Assembly (NCBI GenBank): GCA_964252035.1
Contig: OZ176200.1
Reading direction: 5' to 3' (one strand)
Length of the DNA stretch: 64,000 nucleotides
DNA from: Podarcis erhardii
Taxonomy: Eukaryota
Part shown: piece by piece, positions 27,301-41,495 of the stretch
Numbering within the stretch: the first letter of the stretch is position 1
How the letters are laid out: every line of letters begins with the position of its first letter
Position numbers and translations under genes: made by a program
Notes under the pieces: model-generated
Databases searched by the model: none
What the model saw: the letters and a program-made list of their open reading frames with translations, nothing else
Told to the model about the DNA's origin: nothing

Positions 27301-28955
27301 TCGGCCCCATCCCCAGCTCTTGGGTGCTGGGGCTTTCCAGCTGCAGCTTAATTACAGCCCAAGGGATGGCGAGTATGCAGAGGCAAGGTGGGGTGTTTGG
27401 TGGGGGTGGTCCACAGTGGCTGGGTTTGGGGCTTCTTGGCTCTCGTGGCCCAGAGATCCTTACAGTTTTGCCTGCCTGGAACAAGGTGGGATGCCACCCA
27501 GGCCCATCCATGCAGCCTAAGAGGTGCCAAGATATTGGTGTACCCTGAACAAGAGCCAAAGAGCCAGCTTGGGAAGAATCAAGGCAAAACTCCTAGGCCT
27601 GCCTAGAAATTTGTGTGAACTCTGCAGATGATGAAGAACACATCCCAGAATTGTGCAAGGGGGATCATTGGTAGGCAAGTTAACAAAGGAAAGCGTTCTC
27701 TGCTGGAATGCTAGAGCTGAGGGCCAGACTGTTGTTGGTGTCCGTCTTTGGAGAAAATAGAGGAGTGCGCCTTTGGGAGTGAAGTCAATCTGTTGGAAGC
27801 CTGCTGTGGCTGTACAGACCAAGACAGGAGAGACAAATATCTCACAGCTCCTGGTTGGGAAGAAAGGCAGCATAGACATCAAGTGAATAATATCAGTAAC
27901 AATAATAATGGCATGTGGAAGTCTGCAGGCCACCTGGGACATACTCCTGCAAGGCACAGATTGATGGAGCAGGTAAGACCAGTTGAACCAATGAGACCTA
28001 CACAAAAGTAAATGTATATGCATCTTTATCTTGAAAGGCCCACTAAACTGGCCTTTGCATATCTTTATTATTTATTTATTTATTGAATTTTTATACCACC
28101 CTTCGTCCAAAGATCTCAGGGGAGTTCACGGCATAAAAATACACCATAAAACCACAAAGTACATAATAGCAAAAACAAAGCAAACCAATAACCCCTTCCC
28201 CAAAACATATTTAAAAGGTTAATCTAACAGGGTCTAGAGACTGATGATTCCATCTCTGATGGCATTATTTTCATAGGCTTTGCATAAGATTATATTAAGC
28301 TGCTTTTTACCAGAGTTTTTCGTGTACCTATCCAGCTCAGTCTTGTCTATACTGATGGGCAGCATCACTACAGGATATCAGATAAGAGTCTTGCCCACCT
28401 TTAGCAAGAGATGTCAGGGAATGAACCTGGGACCTTCCCAGGCCCAGACCAAAACATTCTGCTGCCTGAGGTGGAGCAGCAAGTTGCACACCTCCTCCCA
28501 AATCAAAGTGCATAGTACCCAAGCTTGATCATACTGTCCATCTTTTTCACATCTGAGATAACAAATTCTACAAATGACTGCCTGGGAGTAAAAACGAAAC
28601 AAAAATACTTTGGGTGTATGGGGTAAACCAGCAATCTGCTGCCCTTTCATGACACCTAACATCAGTAAGCTAGTGGTTTGCTATCAGGACATTTACATGT
28701 GGATCCAAAATTGCAGGTGCAGTGTAGGGCTGCAATGTCAGGTCAGTTATTACTTAATAAGACAAATCAGCTTTAAACATTTACCCATAGACTTTCAAAA
28801 TGTAGTTGAATAGCAGATCTGAATTCTTTTTAAATGACTTATAAAAACAAAGACTTGAAATAAAAATCGAGGTGGCAAGCTTCATCTTGAAAAAGACAAA
28901 TTCCAAATTCTATTCCTTCCAGTAGCACCTTAAAGACCAACTAAGTCAGTTCTTG

Positions 28956-28993
28956 GTATGAGCTTTCGTGTGCATGCACACTTCTTCAGATAC
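28956..28993 (-). ncRNA. Minimal type I hammerhead ribozyme motif (inverted copy)
   Basis: Exact reverse complement of 29004-29041. Confidence 0.78.
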
Positions 28994-29003
28994 CTTCAGA
29001 TAC

Positions 29004-29041
29004 GTATCTGAAGAAGTGTGCATGCACACGAAAGCTCATAC
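29004..29041 (+). ncRNA. Minimal type I hammerhead ribozyme motif (PLE-associated)
   Basis: GUAU-CUGAAGA-A-GUGUGCAUGCACAC-GAAA-GCUC^AUAC. Stem I is GUAU/AUAC; stem II and the AGCU stem III are palindromic; predicted cleavage after C29037. Confidence 0.8.
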
Positions 29042-30345
29042 CAAGAACTGACTTAGTTGGTCTTTAAGGTGCTACTGGAAGGAATTTGTTTTGTTTTGAC
29101 TATGGCAGACCAACACGGCTACCTATCTGTATCCAAATTCTATATGAGAGAGAAGGCTTATCAACACTTCCTCTTGTCCTGCTGCTTTCCCCCAAGGAAT
29201 ACTGCTCTTTAGCGCTCACTTGGAGCAAACAGCAATATGGATGAAAGGCAGTATAGAAATTTAATAAACAACCACAATAACAATATTCCAATGCACAGTG
29301 TGCTGCCCTGGATAAGATAACTTTTCCACCTGCACAGAGCAATTTTCCTCCTCTCCTCAAGAGAGAAAGTGTGGTGCTTTGGATTGCATGCTGGGTTTGG
29401 ATTCAAAACTCACCTGAGCCGCAGACTTAGTGGATGGGGGTTGCGGGGGGGGGGGGGAGTTGGATGAGGCTTCAATTACCCTTTTGTAAAGCGGGCCTAG
29501 TAATTGCCTCCTTCTCCTTGTTTGATAGGGATAATAATATAGTACTTCAAAGTGTGTGCAAATGCCAAGTACATGATTAATAGGAATAATAAAGTGCAAA
29601 CAGGGCAGTTTGCTCTGAGCATGTGAGTGTTTGTGCTGCCCCCCAAACAACAGGCTCTTCCGGGTAGCCTTGGACCAAGCCTTGCATTGAGCCCAGCCCA
29701 TTTCAGTTCCCCTGTACTGCAGGGCTGGCAGAAAACAGGTTGGAACTGGCCAGGGAGGAATCCTCTTTGATGGTGGATGTCCTGCTGCTCTGAGCTTCTG
29801 AGAGCTCAGCCCAATTCTGTGCTGGGTGAGGGGATGGGGGGGGCAGTGGGCCATGCTACTCTGAAAACACACAGAAAGCTGGAAAAGATGGACCCTGTGA
29901 CTTCCTTCTCTTTGAAGCATCCAGCATCTCGGTGACATCTTGCCTTTTCCAGGGTTTCCCTCTCCTGCTTTGCTCCTGCCCAACTGAAATAGTATTTGTA
30001 ATTCCTCATTCTGAGACCTGGCTGGAGGTCAATGCAAGTTGAGATGCCTTGATGATGTTATGAGCCATAGGCTGGCAGAGGCCACCTTGATTCCTGGCAA
30101 GTTCTATTTTTACTTGTGCATTGCCGGTATAACATAGTGGATGAGAGTGTAGGCCTTGAGCTGGTCAATCGATGGTTCAACTATTGTCTCAGCCAGAGAC
30201 TCACTAGGTCACTTTAAGCAAGCCATTCTTTTCTTGGCCCTCGTTTGCTGAATGGAACACTAATACTGGGCTGCCTTTCAGGGTTGTTGACCTTTCAGGG
30301 TTGTTGACTAGGCTCCTCCAACTCTATGATTCTCACTGCTTAAGC

Positions 30346-30443
30346 CAGGTGTAGGGAACCTGTGACCCACCAGATGTTGAGCACCATTGGCCATAGTGGC
30401 TGGGGCTGATGGGAGATGGAGGACCACACGTTCCCCATCCCTG
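30346..30443. mobile_element. Internally deleted palindromic hAT MITE
   Basis: caggtgtagggaacctgtg ... cacacgttccccatccctg. Confidence 0.6.
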
Positions 30444-33013
30444 ACCATGCTGCACTGTAGCAACCTGAAAGCTACTTCCACTGTTGGGGACAGTATGCTT
30501 CTGATTGCCAATTACTGGAACCCACAGGAGGGAAGAGTGCTGTTGTGCTCGAATGCTGCTTGTGTGCTTCCTGCAGGCATCTGACTGGCACTGTAAGAAC
30601 AAGATGCTGGACTAAATGGGCCACTGCCTTATCCTGCTGGATCTTCTTATGTTCTTAGCTTGGGGTTTATGGCCCCCGTCAGAATTTTTCTTTTTCTTTT
30701 TAAAGGACCAGCTCAATTCATTGGGTGATAAGAATATTGACTTATTTTATTCAATTACTAAAACGTGAGAGCATTTCCATACTGGTTGTTAGTGCCATTC
30801 AGTGCTGATTTGAGGTGCCTATAAAGCATATCCGACCTGCCCTGCTTGTGTTTTATGTATGTCTTTATTTGTATTTATAGCCAGCCAGTCCCAGGGCAGG
30901 TTAACAACAACTGTATATCAGGAGATGTAAAACATCTGACCTGCATCTGAAAGGCGTTGTCTGTGGTATGGGCACATTCTTAATGCATTGAACATTTTAC
31001 TGGGTTGAATAATTCTTCATGGCAAAATAGATGTTTAACCTTTAAAAAAAAGGGGGGGGGGGAGAACAAAGTGATTTATTGTTGGTACAATAAAAATCCA
31101 GCCCCTAACATTATTTACTGTTGTTGTTATCATCAGCATCTTCATCAGTATCATTATTAATTAATTAATTAACTAACTAACCCCCTTTTACATTCATTTC
31201 AAGGTGATTTATATGTCCACAGTGAGGAACACCAGATTGCTCCAAAAACAAAGATGTGCTGTATTGAGTAGATTTGGTGTGCTGAAGTTGTTAGTGGTCT
31301 CTCTGTGTGAGTCTCTGCCTAGGCATGATTTGGATGCATGATTTGGGTTGACTATGGCAGGACAGATAAACCCAATTAGAAACCCAGTTACTGAGAAGGA
31401 ATCAGGACTTGAAAAACTGGTTTTCTTATTCAGAGAAGAGTAACAGCTCAGAGACTCAACAGACCTTGGATGTTGTCAACATATTATCTGACCCTGATTC
31501 TGTGTCTTGAATTGCAGCTTGATCAGAGGACATAGAAAAGGGTAACCTAAATGCCACCACCACCACCTCACAAAAAACCCTCAACTTCCATCTGCATATC
31601 AAGTTGCTGTTAAAAGCACAAAATTGGAACAGGTTTTTTTCACCCTTGCTTTGGTCAACTGGTAACATTATGAGCAACAGCTGGAAAGCTCACCATTGTT
31701 ATTTACTGGGGTGAGTGTCCCCTTGTGGTCCCTTCCAACTCTAGAAGTTTTATGATTCTATAATTTGTTTGCAGCAAGGTTAGACAATGTTGCATCGACA
31801 TTGTCTATCCCACACTTTCCAGTGTGTTTCCCCATCGCTTTCCTTACCGCAAAAAGTCCAGTCTTTGTGGGAGGTGGGTTTGTTGTACAAGACCTCCAGA
31901 ACGGACCACTGGGCCTTCTAGCCTGGCACTGCCTCCATTTACTGGCAGGGCGACTCTCCAGGGGTCCAGACAGGAGTCCCTTCCAGCCCCATGTGGAGAT
32001 GACAGGGACTGAACCTGAGACCACTGAGCTGCAATCATTGGGTGGTGTAGGCAGGATTGAGAAGTGTACTATGGTTACCCTATTCTGTAGCTTGCTCATA
32101 GCAGAACCCATGCCAGTAGAGGCTGGTGTGGCTCGACCACTGATCTGCCCCAGGTTGGTTGGCTCTTACCTTGCTTTGGGAGCTGAGGTGAGCTGCGGTT
32201 TGATGATCCAGCACATTCCCAGCTGCCGCTTGGGCGAGGCCAGATGCCCAAGAACGATGCCATGTCTAGCCAGGCTGCAAACAACCAAACTCCGGCAGGC
32301 CATAACTCTGTAATTACTGCAACATAGACAGTGGGGCTGGGGTGGGGGGGAGAACAATTCAAACCTGCGTATATAAACACTGCTGTGCTATCTTCTCCCT
32401 GGCATCACCCTCGGGCTCAAAGAAAGCTCTAATTTTAGGGCTTAAGAGTGGGGGTGGTTGTTATTGAAAGGGCTGTGGCCAAACAGAGCTTTCATCTCGG
32501 CTGGCTGAGGAAGAGCACATGGGGTTTCAGGATGGGTGACTGGCTGCTGGGAGCCCTTCCCTCAGATGCAAGGACAGCTCCGGATCTGGGGGTGACGAAG
32601 CCTTGTCCTTTGAAGCCTGCATTTCCCTGGCACTCCACCCCGTACCATCCTATCATTGCACTGCTGATCAGACATTTCCATTGGGTGGGGGTGGGGTTGC
32701 ACAAGAGAATCTGACCCAACTGCTAACTCTGGAAAAGGACCTCAGAGGTCTCAGCAACAGAAAATCATGGCTTCCTGGAAACTCCCCCAAGTGGTTGTTA
32801 GATTATCTTCCCTGGCAGGATTCTGACCCCTAACAGATGCTCATTGCTGTTGTACGAAAAGCTTCTGTAGGAAATGGTTCCAGAGCTTCCTGGGCTAAGG
32901 AGATGAGTTTGCCGGAGGACCCCTTCTTGCCTCAGCTACAACCAATTCCTTCTTCTCCCTATTTTTGGTTGACCTTTGGAAATATTTAATCTCCCTCTTC
33001 TTTTCCACAGCTT

Positions 33014-33090
33014 CATAGAATCATAGAGTTGTAGAGTGGAAAGGTACCCAAAGGGCCTTGAAGCAAACCACCTGCAATGCAGGAATCACA
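33014..33090 (-). mobile_element. CR1-type 3' terminal fragment
   Basis: tcatagaatcatagagttgtagagtggaa...gcaatgcaggaatc; same tail as the SINE at 19570. Confidence 0.6.
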
Positions 33091-33475
33091 GCTTGAAACC
33101 TGGTATTTTGTGGTTTCCTTGAAACTTTGTGTCCATCACATCTTGCTTTCTCTGTTGACCTTTTCTAAAAATGTTGGGTGTAAGGCAGATACTTGGGTTT
33201 GGGGTTGTTGTTTTTTTGTATCGCTGTATGAAATGTCTATCAACAAGGCAGATACTGGATGCACGGAGGGAAGAGAAACAGGCTTAGATGCGGCAACTGG
33301 ATCTAAACAAATCTGCTCTAATATTTGTGGGTTCTTGCTAATCCCCCTGAAATTCTTTACAAATTGGGAACCCTGTGGGTGTGGTTGTTAATAATTGTGA
33401 GCCATATCCGTGGACTGCTGTAACATAGTCTTCCCTTTGTGTAACATCTGCTAGGGACCTTTCTCAACAGCAAGG

Positions 33476-33680
33476 CATAGGAACATAAGAAGGACCAACC
33501 AGATACCTCTGGGAAATCCTCAGTCTGGACCTGAGCACAGCAGCACACTCCCCACTTGCGCTTTCCAGCAACTAGTGTTTCAGATTCATACTGGCTATGA
33601 TACTGGATATACAACCATCATGACTAATGGCCATCGAGTGCCATATCCTCCATGAATATTTCCAATTCCCTTTTAAGATG
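33476..33680 (-). mobile_element. CR1/L2-class LINE 3' end fragment
   Basis: cataggaacataagaagg...tttccagcaactagtg...tcctccatgaat; similar to the 7054-7277 copy. Confidence 0.55.
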
Positions 33681-34354
33681 CTGACTGTTACTGTGTCTTG
33701 ATCCATAGGTTTATGTGCTGAATCTCTCACCATCCAGCTTCATCGGATGGCTTCAGGTTCAAGTATTATGAGAGAGGGTGAAAAATGTCTCTGTCCACTT
33801 TGCCTACATTGTGCATAATTTCATAACCTCAACCAAGGGCAGGAAACTTTTTTCAGCCCAAATGCCACATTCTATCATGGTCAGCCTTCTGGGGGGGCCA
33901 CCTACCCGGGGTTGGTTGGGCCAGAGTAAAAAAAAAAATAAAAAATGGATGACACGACATATGTGACTCTTGCCTTTATACATTCAATCAGCAGGGTACA
34001 TTCATTCCATGCAAAATCCAGAGGTTTATACGCACACATTTTTCCATTCAAGCAAGCAAGAGGCAAATTTCAGTTGAAGGACGTATTCCAGCCAGGCAAA
34101 GGAGGAGGAGGTGGAGCAGGGCCAGGAAGTGGCATGGAAAGACTCTCAAGGGCCAGTTAGAAAGGGCTGGAGGGCCACTTTGGCTCCTGGACCTGGGCTT
34201 CCTGTTCCCTGAGCCTTCCTCCCTTGCCTGCCTATTTCCTAAATTTAAAAGCCCCAAATGTTGTAAGATTTCCTCGTGGAGGAGTCACTTCAGTCCCTGA
34301 TCATTTTGGTTGTTCCTTTCTGGTGGATCTTGACCAAAATTCATATCTTAGATA

Positions 34355-34556
34355 CATTTATATAGCACCTTTTCCTCCAAGGATCTCAAAGGGGTGTACA
34401 TGATATTACCCCCCCCCCCCATTTATTCCTCACCACAACCCTGTCAGGTAGACAGTGACTGGCCCAAGGTCACCCAGTGAGGTTCATGGCTAAGTAGGGA
34501 TTTGAACTCTGATCTCCCAGGTCCTAGTCTAACACTCTAGCCACTACACCACACTG
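34355..34556 (-). mobile_element. tRNA-derived MIR-like squamate SINE (near full length)
   Basis: Minus strand reads gtggtgtagtggctagagtgttagactaggacc...gttcaaatccc...gtgaccttgggccagtcac...gttgtggtgaggaataaatg. Related copies lie near 23800-23990, 26470-26600, 30125-30310, 50295-50470, 53490-53665 and 56025-56150. Confidence 0.7.
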
Positions 34557-35754
34557 ACCCCCCCCCCCCCCCGCTGTGCTAGTTTCTGAGTTCTCTGTAG
34601 CTCTTCATCAGGCTAGATGGTAAAACTGAGCAACAGGAGCTCAGGCAGAAGAAATAAAGAAGAAATAATGGCTGGTGTTGAAGCCAGGAAAGTCTGCCTC
34701 TGGTCACAGTCTTAAGTTGAATGCAGGAGGAGGCAGCAAGCATTCAAGTGAACCTCTGCAAATAAATGGAACAGCAACCCCAAGTGTACTCAGATGGAAG
34801 CTGGTCCCACTGAAAATAATGCTCCTTACTTCCAAGTAGGTAAGCAGAGTTAGGCTCATGCCATTGGAAGCAGGAGACTTTTCAGCGCAGTATCCACATG
34901 GATGGGAGACTAGCAATGGTGCCATTATGTCAGAAAGTCTTCTGCAAAACTCAATAGCCTGGTGTTTTCACAAATGAAGGGATGAGGTCATAGAAGGCCA
35001 ACTCTCCATTTGGAAAAGTGGGGAGAAGTTCTTCCCTTATCTCATTCTTGTGCTCCCCCCCCCAGCCCCGTGCGCTGGTCAAACTTTTCTCCCAGGTGCT
35101 GTTTTGCACCCTCCATCAGGCCTGTGGCATCTTGTATGTGTTTTCTTGTGTGCATAGCAATTATTCTTTTCTTTTTTTGACACAGCTAGTAATTAAACTA
35201 AATATTTTTTAAAAAACAGTATGGGCATTCAAGTGTAATGAATTGGCCCTAGCAACCACTAGAGGGAGACATTGGGCAAAGATCTGGACTACAAGCAAGA
35301 TGCATAGCTTTATTTTGTGTTTTCCAGGCATGCCAAGCAGCAAGCTTTAGGGACATAGGTCAACCTCTTTCTTCATCTCGCTTAGTATTGACTGCTGCTC
35401 TGGACAGCAGTGATTCTACAGAGTTTCAGAAGTTTCACATCACTATCTACCTCATTCTTTTTAATCTGAGGACATTCTGCATGACCTCTGCCACTAAACT
35501 ATGGTCCTTTCCCAAGTTCCTCCATACACTCCAAATATTCATAAAAGAGAAAATAACAGGTACACTTAGTAATAGGAGAAAGCACATATTTTCATTAAAT
35601 ATATTGCCAAAGAAAATGGGTCCTAAAGCATTAGCAAGGTCCTGTTCTAAAAGAAAAGTACTGTGTTCAGAGTTCTCAGTCTGTAAACTAATACTCTGCA
35701 GAGCTAAAAAGTACCTACAGAAGTTACATCAGGATATACCTAGACTGCAAGCCT

Positions 35755-36200
35755 TGTTATAGGATTGGGATTGAGCTGGATGCCCTCTCAGGGTTCCTGC
35801 CAGACCAGCAATATTATAGCTCTGAGTCTGCACAAGGGATGTGTGTGTGAGAGAGAGAGGGGGGGGGGGACGGGACAAAAAGACTGGGACTGAAGCTGGA
35901 AAGTGCACACAGAGGCCTGACATGTTCTCTGTGCAAAATCCAAAGCCATGCTTGTAGGACCTGTCCCCTTATAGAAACCTAATGGGGGGACAGAATCTGT
36001 TGATATATTAATGCCATGGACCCTTCCATCTTATGCTCAGTCTGTATATATGTGTAAATAAATCTTATAGATCACACAGGCGCCACAAGTCTCCAGTGAC
36101 CATTTCATTCCAGTCTCCAGAAGCCATTCAAACCCAAGGGGTGTGCTGCTGCTGAAACCCTTGAAACCTCTCACTTTGTAGGTTTTGTACCACTTTAACA
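35755..36200 (+). mobile_element. Probable solo LTR, ~446 bp
   Basis: TGTTA...TAACA termini; tgtatatatgtgtAAATAAA box at 36043-36062. Flanks gcct and acca do not form a clean TSD. Confidence 0.5.
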
Positions 36201-39200
36201 ACCATGGCTCCCTCCCCCCAATAATTTTGGGGATGCAATTTGATACAGTGCTGTTAATTTTCTCTCCCTGAACTCTGCCCTGTAGCTCCCCAGACCTGCA
36301 CTTCTAAAGTTTCTCTGGCAAAAGCCCAGTGAATGACTATTAGATCAGTTTGAGGCTGTTGTGTAAATATGTCCTAACATTCTGCCCAAACCAAAGTCTT
36401 ATAGTGCTTTTAGAAGACGCCCAGGTCTGGGCAAACCTCTGGAGCCAAGGAATTCTAAAACTGGGGAGAAACCACCAAGAATGTCACTCTGTGTGTCCTT
36501 GTTTGCCTAATATGTTACACAAATGCTGTGCTTAACTGCTTTAAGATAGGAGTAGGCAACCATTTTTCTGCTAAAGGTCTCATTCTCTTAGAGATAGCCT
36601 GACAGAGGCCACGTGCATGATGAGAGCTGATATTTCTGAGGGATCTGATCAACACTGTTCCACACCAATCATCCATTCAGCCCACGCACAAAAGGGATGC
36701 CATTTTGAGATCTTTCAGAAGTGTGGGTTGTGGATCAAAAGAGCTCTGTTCTCTGCCCAAGTGCGGAGGGGATTTCCTTTAAAAGAATGGATCTTTCCAG
36801 ATCTGTGCTTTCAAAGTGCTTAGCTCTGCCTGCCTGGGTGGAGATGTCTTTTGGTATGTATGTATGTAATGCAATGTATGTATTTTCTTACATTTATATC
36901 CCACCTTTCTTCCACGATGAAACCTAAGGCTGTGTACCTGTTGGTTCTCAGGTGGTCACCCATCCAAGCACTGACCACACCACACCCAAACCCTGCTTAG
37001 ATTCAGCAAGGTGGCAGCCTCCTATAAGTGCATCCAGATTGATATTTTGAAAGCACGCATCTTACTCTCAGCTTTGCAGCCCAATGGCCACATTATGTAT
37101 TTCACACTTTTTAAATAAGAAAAGAGGGGGGCGGCGCTTAAACTGGGTACTTTTATACTGAAGGGGAAAAGCAGCCATGTGAGCCCAGTCTGGAATCTGC
37201 TTCCAGTGTGACTCGTGACCAAATTTTTGCTCTGATAACTATTTACCTTGTTTGCAAGCAGCAATGTGCATTTGATTATAGCAAGAAATGAGTACAGAGT
37301 CACAATCTAGATCAGGAACATGTTCTGAATAGGGACTACATGGCTTCTTCACCTCCACCACCACCACCGCCTCCTCTTCCTTCTTCTCTAAATAAGTGAC
37401 CAGCTTAAGCTTGCTTTTTGAAATAACCAAACTTGTAATTTGGCTGTAAAAATATTTTAGAATTTCGTCAGCTATGCCTAGAAGACAACAGGAGGTCGGA
37501 GAGTGCAGATGCTGAAAGAATGGTGTAATGTGCTTCTAGCAATCAGGCCCTCTTCAAAGGTGGGCTGCTGGATCCTATCTCAGCAAGTGTTTCTCATCAG
37601 TCCCCCAGGGCATCCCCACACAGAGTGTATTGCAGTTGACTAGCTTCAAGGTTATGAACTGCGTTATGATGGTCTCCAGAGACCAAATTTGAAAGCAAAG
37701 ACTGTAGCCTTCTCTTAAAGCATTTCCATCAGTCCAAAGGGTGGAGAACCTGTAGCCCTCTGGAAGTTGTAGAGATACAACTTCCACCATCTCTCACTAT
37801 TGGCTGTGCTGGTTGGGTAAGGATTGGAGGGGAGCTGGGACGATTTCCCCATTCCTGTATCAGACCAATTCCCTGTAACTCTGAAATGGATCGTGACAAT
37901 TTTTCAAGAGTTCTCCTCTGGCAAATAGATTTGAGTCTGGATTCCATTTGTGTGTATGTTTTGGGGATGAGTGTTGTGGGGTAGAGAGAGGGCGTGTAGA
38001 GACGGCAAGAGTGATCAGAAAGAAACAGCCTTGGCCTGTAGATTCCCTTGTAATCAAAAGCAGGTGACCCTGCCAAAGGAGAAATGCCCTTTTTTCTCCT
38101 GCCATTTTGTGGCTGCCTAAGTACAGGCTTCGTCACTTGCGCAGCCTGGCTTGAGTTGGGTGCTTTTGCCAGCACCGCGTGTGCCTTGCACAGCTGGTTT
38201 AAACAGCAGGAGCTGTGTGAAGCGGTGACATGTGGCACCCTCCCCACCACGACCCCAAACCACACTCCCACACATTGGGGAGAGAAGGAGAGAGAGGCAG
38301 GCACAGAACGAGGGGTGTGTGTGTACAGGAGCATTTCCCCAGCAGACCAAGGCAGCTCTCCCTGGGGGAGGGAGGGATCCACAAACAGAACAAAACAAAA
38401 AAATCTTGATGAGGCTAAGAAAAGAGGGGAATAAAGGGGTTGTTGGATGCATCATCTTGATCTAACCGATGTGGCCTCATTGTCCCCAGATCCTCTCCCA
38501 CAAGTTTGGAAGGATTTCAATGTTTGCGAGCCTTGCTGTGTGACTGGGTCACACTTTGTTTGCTGATTTCCATCCTGTCCAAGTTGCCTCTTAGTCTGTG
38601 CATTTACAGAGATTATACTACCTCTGACCATTTATCGAGCATTTGTCTTGATCTGCTTGTGAGGGGAGGTTATAAGACAACGAGAATCGTCCTGGTTTGC
38701 TCGTTGAGTGTTTCTACATTTCCTTTTTTGTTTCTGTGTTGACAAGCCCCCTGTCCATCATTCGTTCATGCCACACTTTCTTAACCACAAAAGGCCTGTT
38801 TCTTTCAAAAAGTAGATTTGTTGCACTAAGGCGGCAAAGCTAAATTCCCTGCTATGTGCTTGAATCCCCACAAAACATGGACAGTCTGGAGGCACTGAAA
38901 GGTAGGTCTGTTACCTATCGCTTACAGAAAAAAGGGCACACCCTCCCCTTGCTTCTGGGATCTTGGGGTACATAGAGGAAAAGGTAGGACACAGAGAAGT
39001 TGGGGCAGGAGAGCTCTAGGTAAAGCTTTTTAAAGAAAGATATAGGCAGAGTATGAATTTAAGAGCAGCCAGGGAATCTTGACATGATTGTAGGAGTGGG
39101 CAAATTCTCCCAGAACCCAGGAGGATTCCCTGAGGCGTTGGGTGGTGATGAAACCAGAAGACCCCTTATCTTGTCCCTTGCCTTTAAAAGAACAACAAAA

Positions 39201-40466
39201 CAGTCTTCCTCAGTAGCAGGCAATGGCTAATTACATATATTGCTGGTGAGAAATTGCTGCTATTTCTCCTGTACCCTTCAGTATCTTTCCATACCAAAAC
39301 CATTTTTGTTTGTTGGTCTTTAGTTGTACAATGCTGGTGGTGCTGTTAACTCTTGTTGGCAGTCTGTACATGATCCAGGCACTGACTCTAGAAGTGGTTG
39401 TCTGTATATGATGCATCGGGGTGGGGGACCTTTCTTAGCTTGAGGGCCACATTCCCTGGTGGGCAACTGTCTGGGGGCCACATGCTGGAGGGCTGACATG
39501 GCCAGAGGAAAAAATGGGCAGAGCAGTGGTTCTTACCTTTGTACAGGAGACAACTTTATGGCCAGGCAAAAGTCGGAGGTTTCTATACACCTCTCCTGCA
39601 TGCAACTCTCTGTTGTTGTTGTTGTTGTTGTTGTTATGTTGCTTACTACAAAAAATTCTCTCAGTGACTTACTTTTTAAAAATAAAGCATAGAATACCAA
39701 ATTAAAATACACAAAAATATTTAAAACACATTACTAATAATAGAAAAAGGGCACATCCCACAGCACCCAACTATCACCTATCCATTCTCTATTCAGGCAA
39801 GCCAGATGCATTGTCACAGATCAAGGATACCTTCCAGCCAGGCAAAAACACTTTAGAAGGGAGCAGAGTAGCAGCAGTGAGGGATGTGTGATCACTGAAT
39901 GGCCCTTGGCTAGCTGACCAGCTAGCTATGGAGTTGCGTATATACCCAAAGTAGTGGGGTTGCGATCCAATCTGTGATCTTGAACGGTCATCTTCAAAGC
40001 TTCCTTCCTGTCCACATCTAACATGGATGTAACTAAGATGTGGAAGTGGGGTAGGAAATTCAAAAGGCAGCTAGGAAGTCTGTGCAGGAGAACTCTAAAA
40101 AGACCAGTCCCAGGCTTCCATGTACACATCTGGCCAACAGGTGCTGGGAGCAAGCTGGAGTGTGAGTGCCCTCTGGTGGACTGAGCATGTAAGTACAGAA
40201 ACATATACATTGACTAAAGGGACCACATTTGGGGCTTTGATAAAACACAACACCAGTGCAGATGGGATGCTGCTCCATGGGAAGGTGGGAATTACCTCCC
40301 TGCATACAGAGAGCAGGCATGTCAGGAGACCTAGATGTCATGAGAGTTTTCTATGTGTATGGTTTGGGGGCTTTATGAGGCAGAGGGATGGAGCATCCCA
40401 ACATGCAACTCCTCCAACATCTGAGCTTGAAATGGTATTAGCCATGCTGGGTTATACCAGAGGCCT

Positions 40467-40700
40467 CCTGTTTCTCAGAGTGGCCACCCTGGTGCCCATA
40501 GGAAGCTCACAAGCAGGACCAGCACACAATAGCTCTCCCTACTTGTGTTTCCCAGAAATGCTGCCTCTGATCATGTAGGCAGTTATACAGCCGTCACTGC
40601 TAGCAACCACCCATAGCCTTATCTCCCATGAATTTGTACACTCCCATGTTCAAGCCATCTTGGTTAGTGGATCTCACCACATTCTTGCAGCACAGTCCAG
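40467..40700 (-). mobile_element. CR1/L2-class LINE 3' end fragment
   Basis: cctgtttctcagagtggcc...ggaagctcacaagcagg...atagccttatctcccatgaatttg; same family as 7054-7277. Confidence 0.6.
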
Positions 40701-41495
40701 GGAAGCCTTCCCTGGCTCTCAGCAGGAAACTTGTATAACTACATGGCCCACCTCTCAATTGTTTCCACTTGTCCTCAGGACAATGTCACCACAAGCCCCT
40801 TTGAGATAGCAGCCATAAAAACAGAGTTCCATCCCTGCTGTTCAAACAATGCTCATTTCTATTATTTAAAGTCCGCCTCATCCACAATATCCAAGGTAGT
40901 TTCCAAGAACAGAATAGATCCAGTCTTTTAGGAAGATATCATTTAAAAAACTGAAGTTAAAAAATAAAATAACAAAGATATTCCAGCAGGATTTGGGGTT
41001 CCTGCTGGGTCTGCCTATGTGAAATTGGATATTTTGAGCTTGTAAATGAGAAATTTGCATTCTGATTGTTATCCTGATCTGTGTTCAGCCTAGTATGATT
41101 CTGGGACACTTAGAACTGGGTCATGCCACTTACTTACATTTGGCTCAAGGAATGTTAAATTGACAGGTTTTAGTTGCCTTTCCTTACATTGTACAATATG
41201 AGTCAACACAAAAAACACACCCAGTGTAAAGGTAGCACCCTAAATTTCTAGAGTTCACCCTCTCTCATTTTGGAGAGATGAGGTGGTTTGTGGGTAACAG
41301 AGAAAGTGGGTTTTCCCCAGCCACTTTGATCTAATGGCAAAACTATTTCTTTCTTACCTATTTGGCCACAAACCTGAAGCCTGAGATACAGGGATGGAGA
41401 AAGACAGAGGGATCATCTAGTCCAACCTCTGTATTTGTATGTAACAGTGATATAATGAGAGCAGTGACAGATATCTGAAGATAATGAGAGCAGTG

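Larger units (their letters stand above)
28914..29131 (+). mobile_element. Penelope-like element (PLE) pseudo-LTR with 5' inverted partial copy, flanked by a 12-bp TSD
   Basis: Perfect 82-bp inverted arms (28912-28993 and 29004-29085) with a 10-nt spacer. PLE-type tail ...cagaccaacacggctacc. TSD tccaaattctat at 28902-28913 and 29132-29143. Confidence 0.88.

Noticed and set aside
29357-29983. 208-aa ORF, and similarly the 217-aa ORF at 37729-38382
   Set aside because: No homology I can recognise, no splice or codon support; crosses poly-G or repeat sequence.
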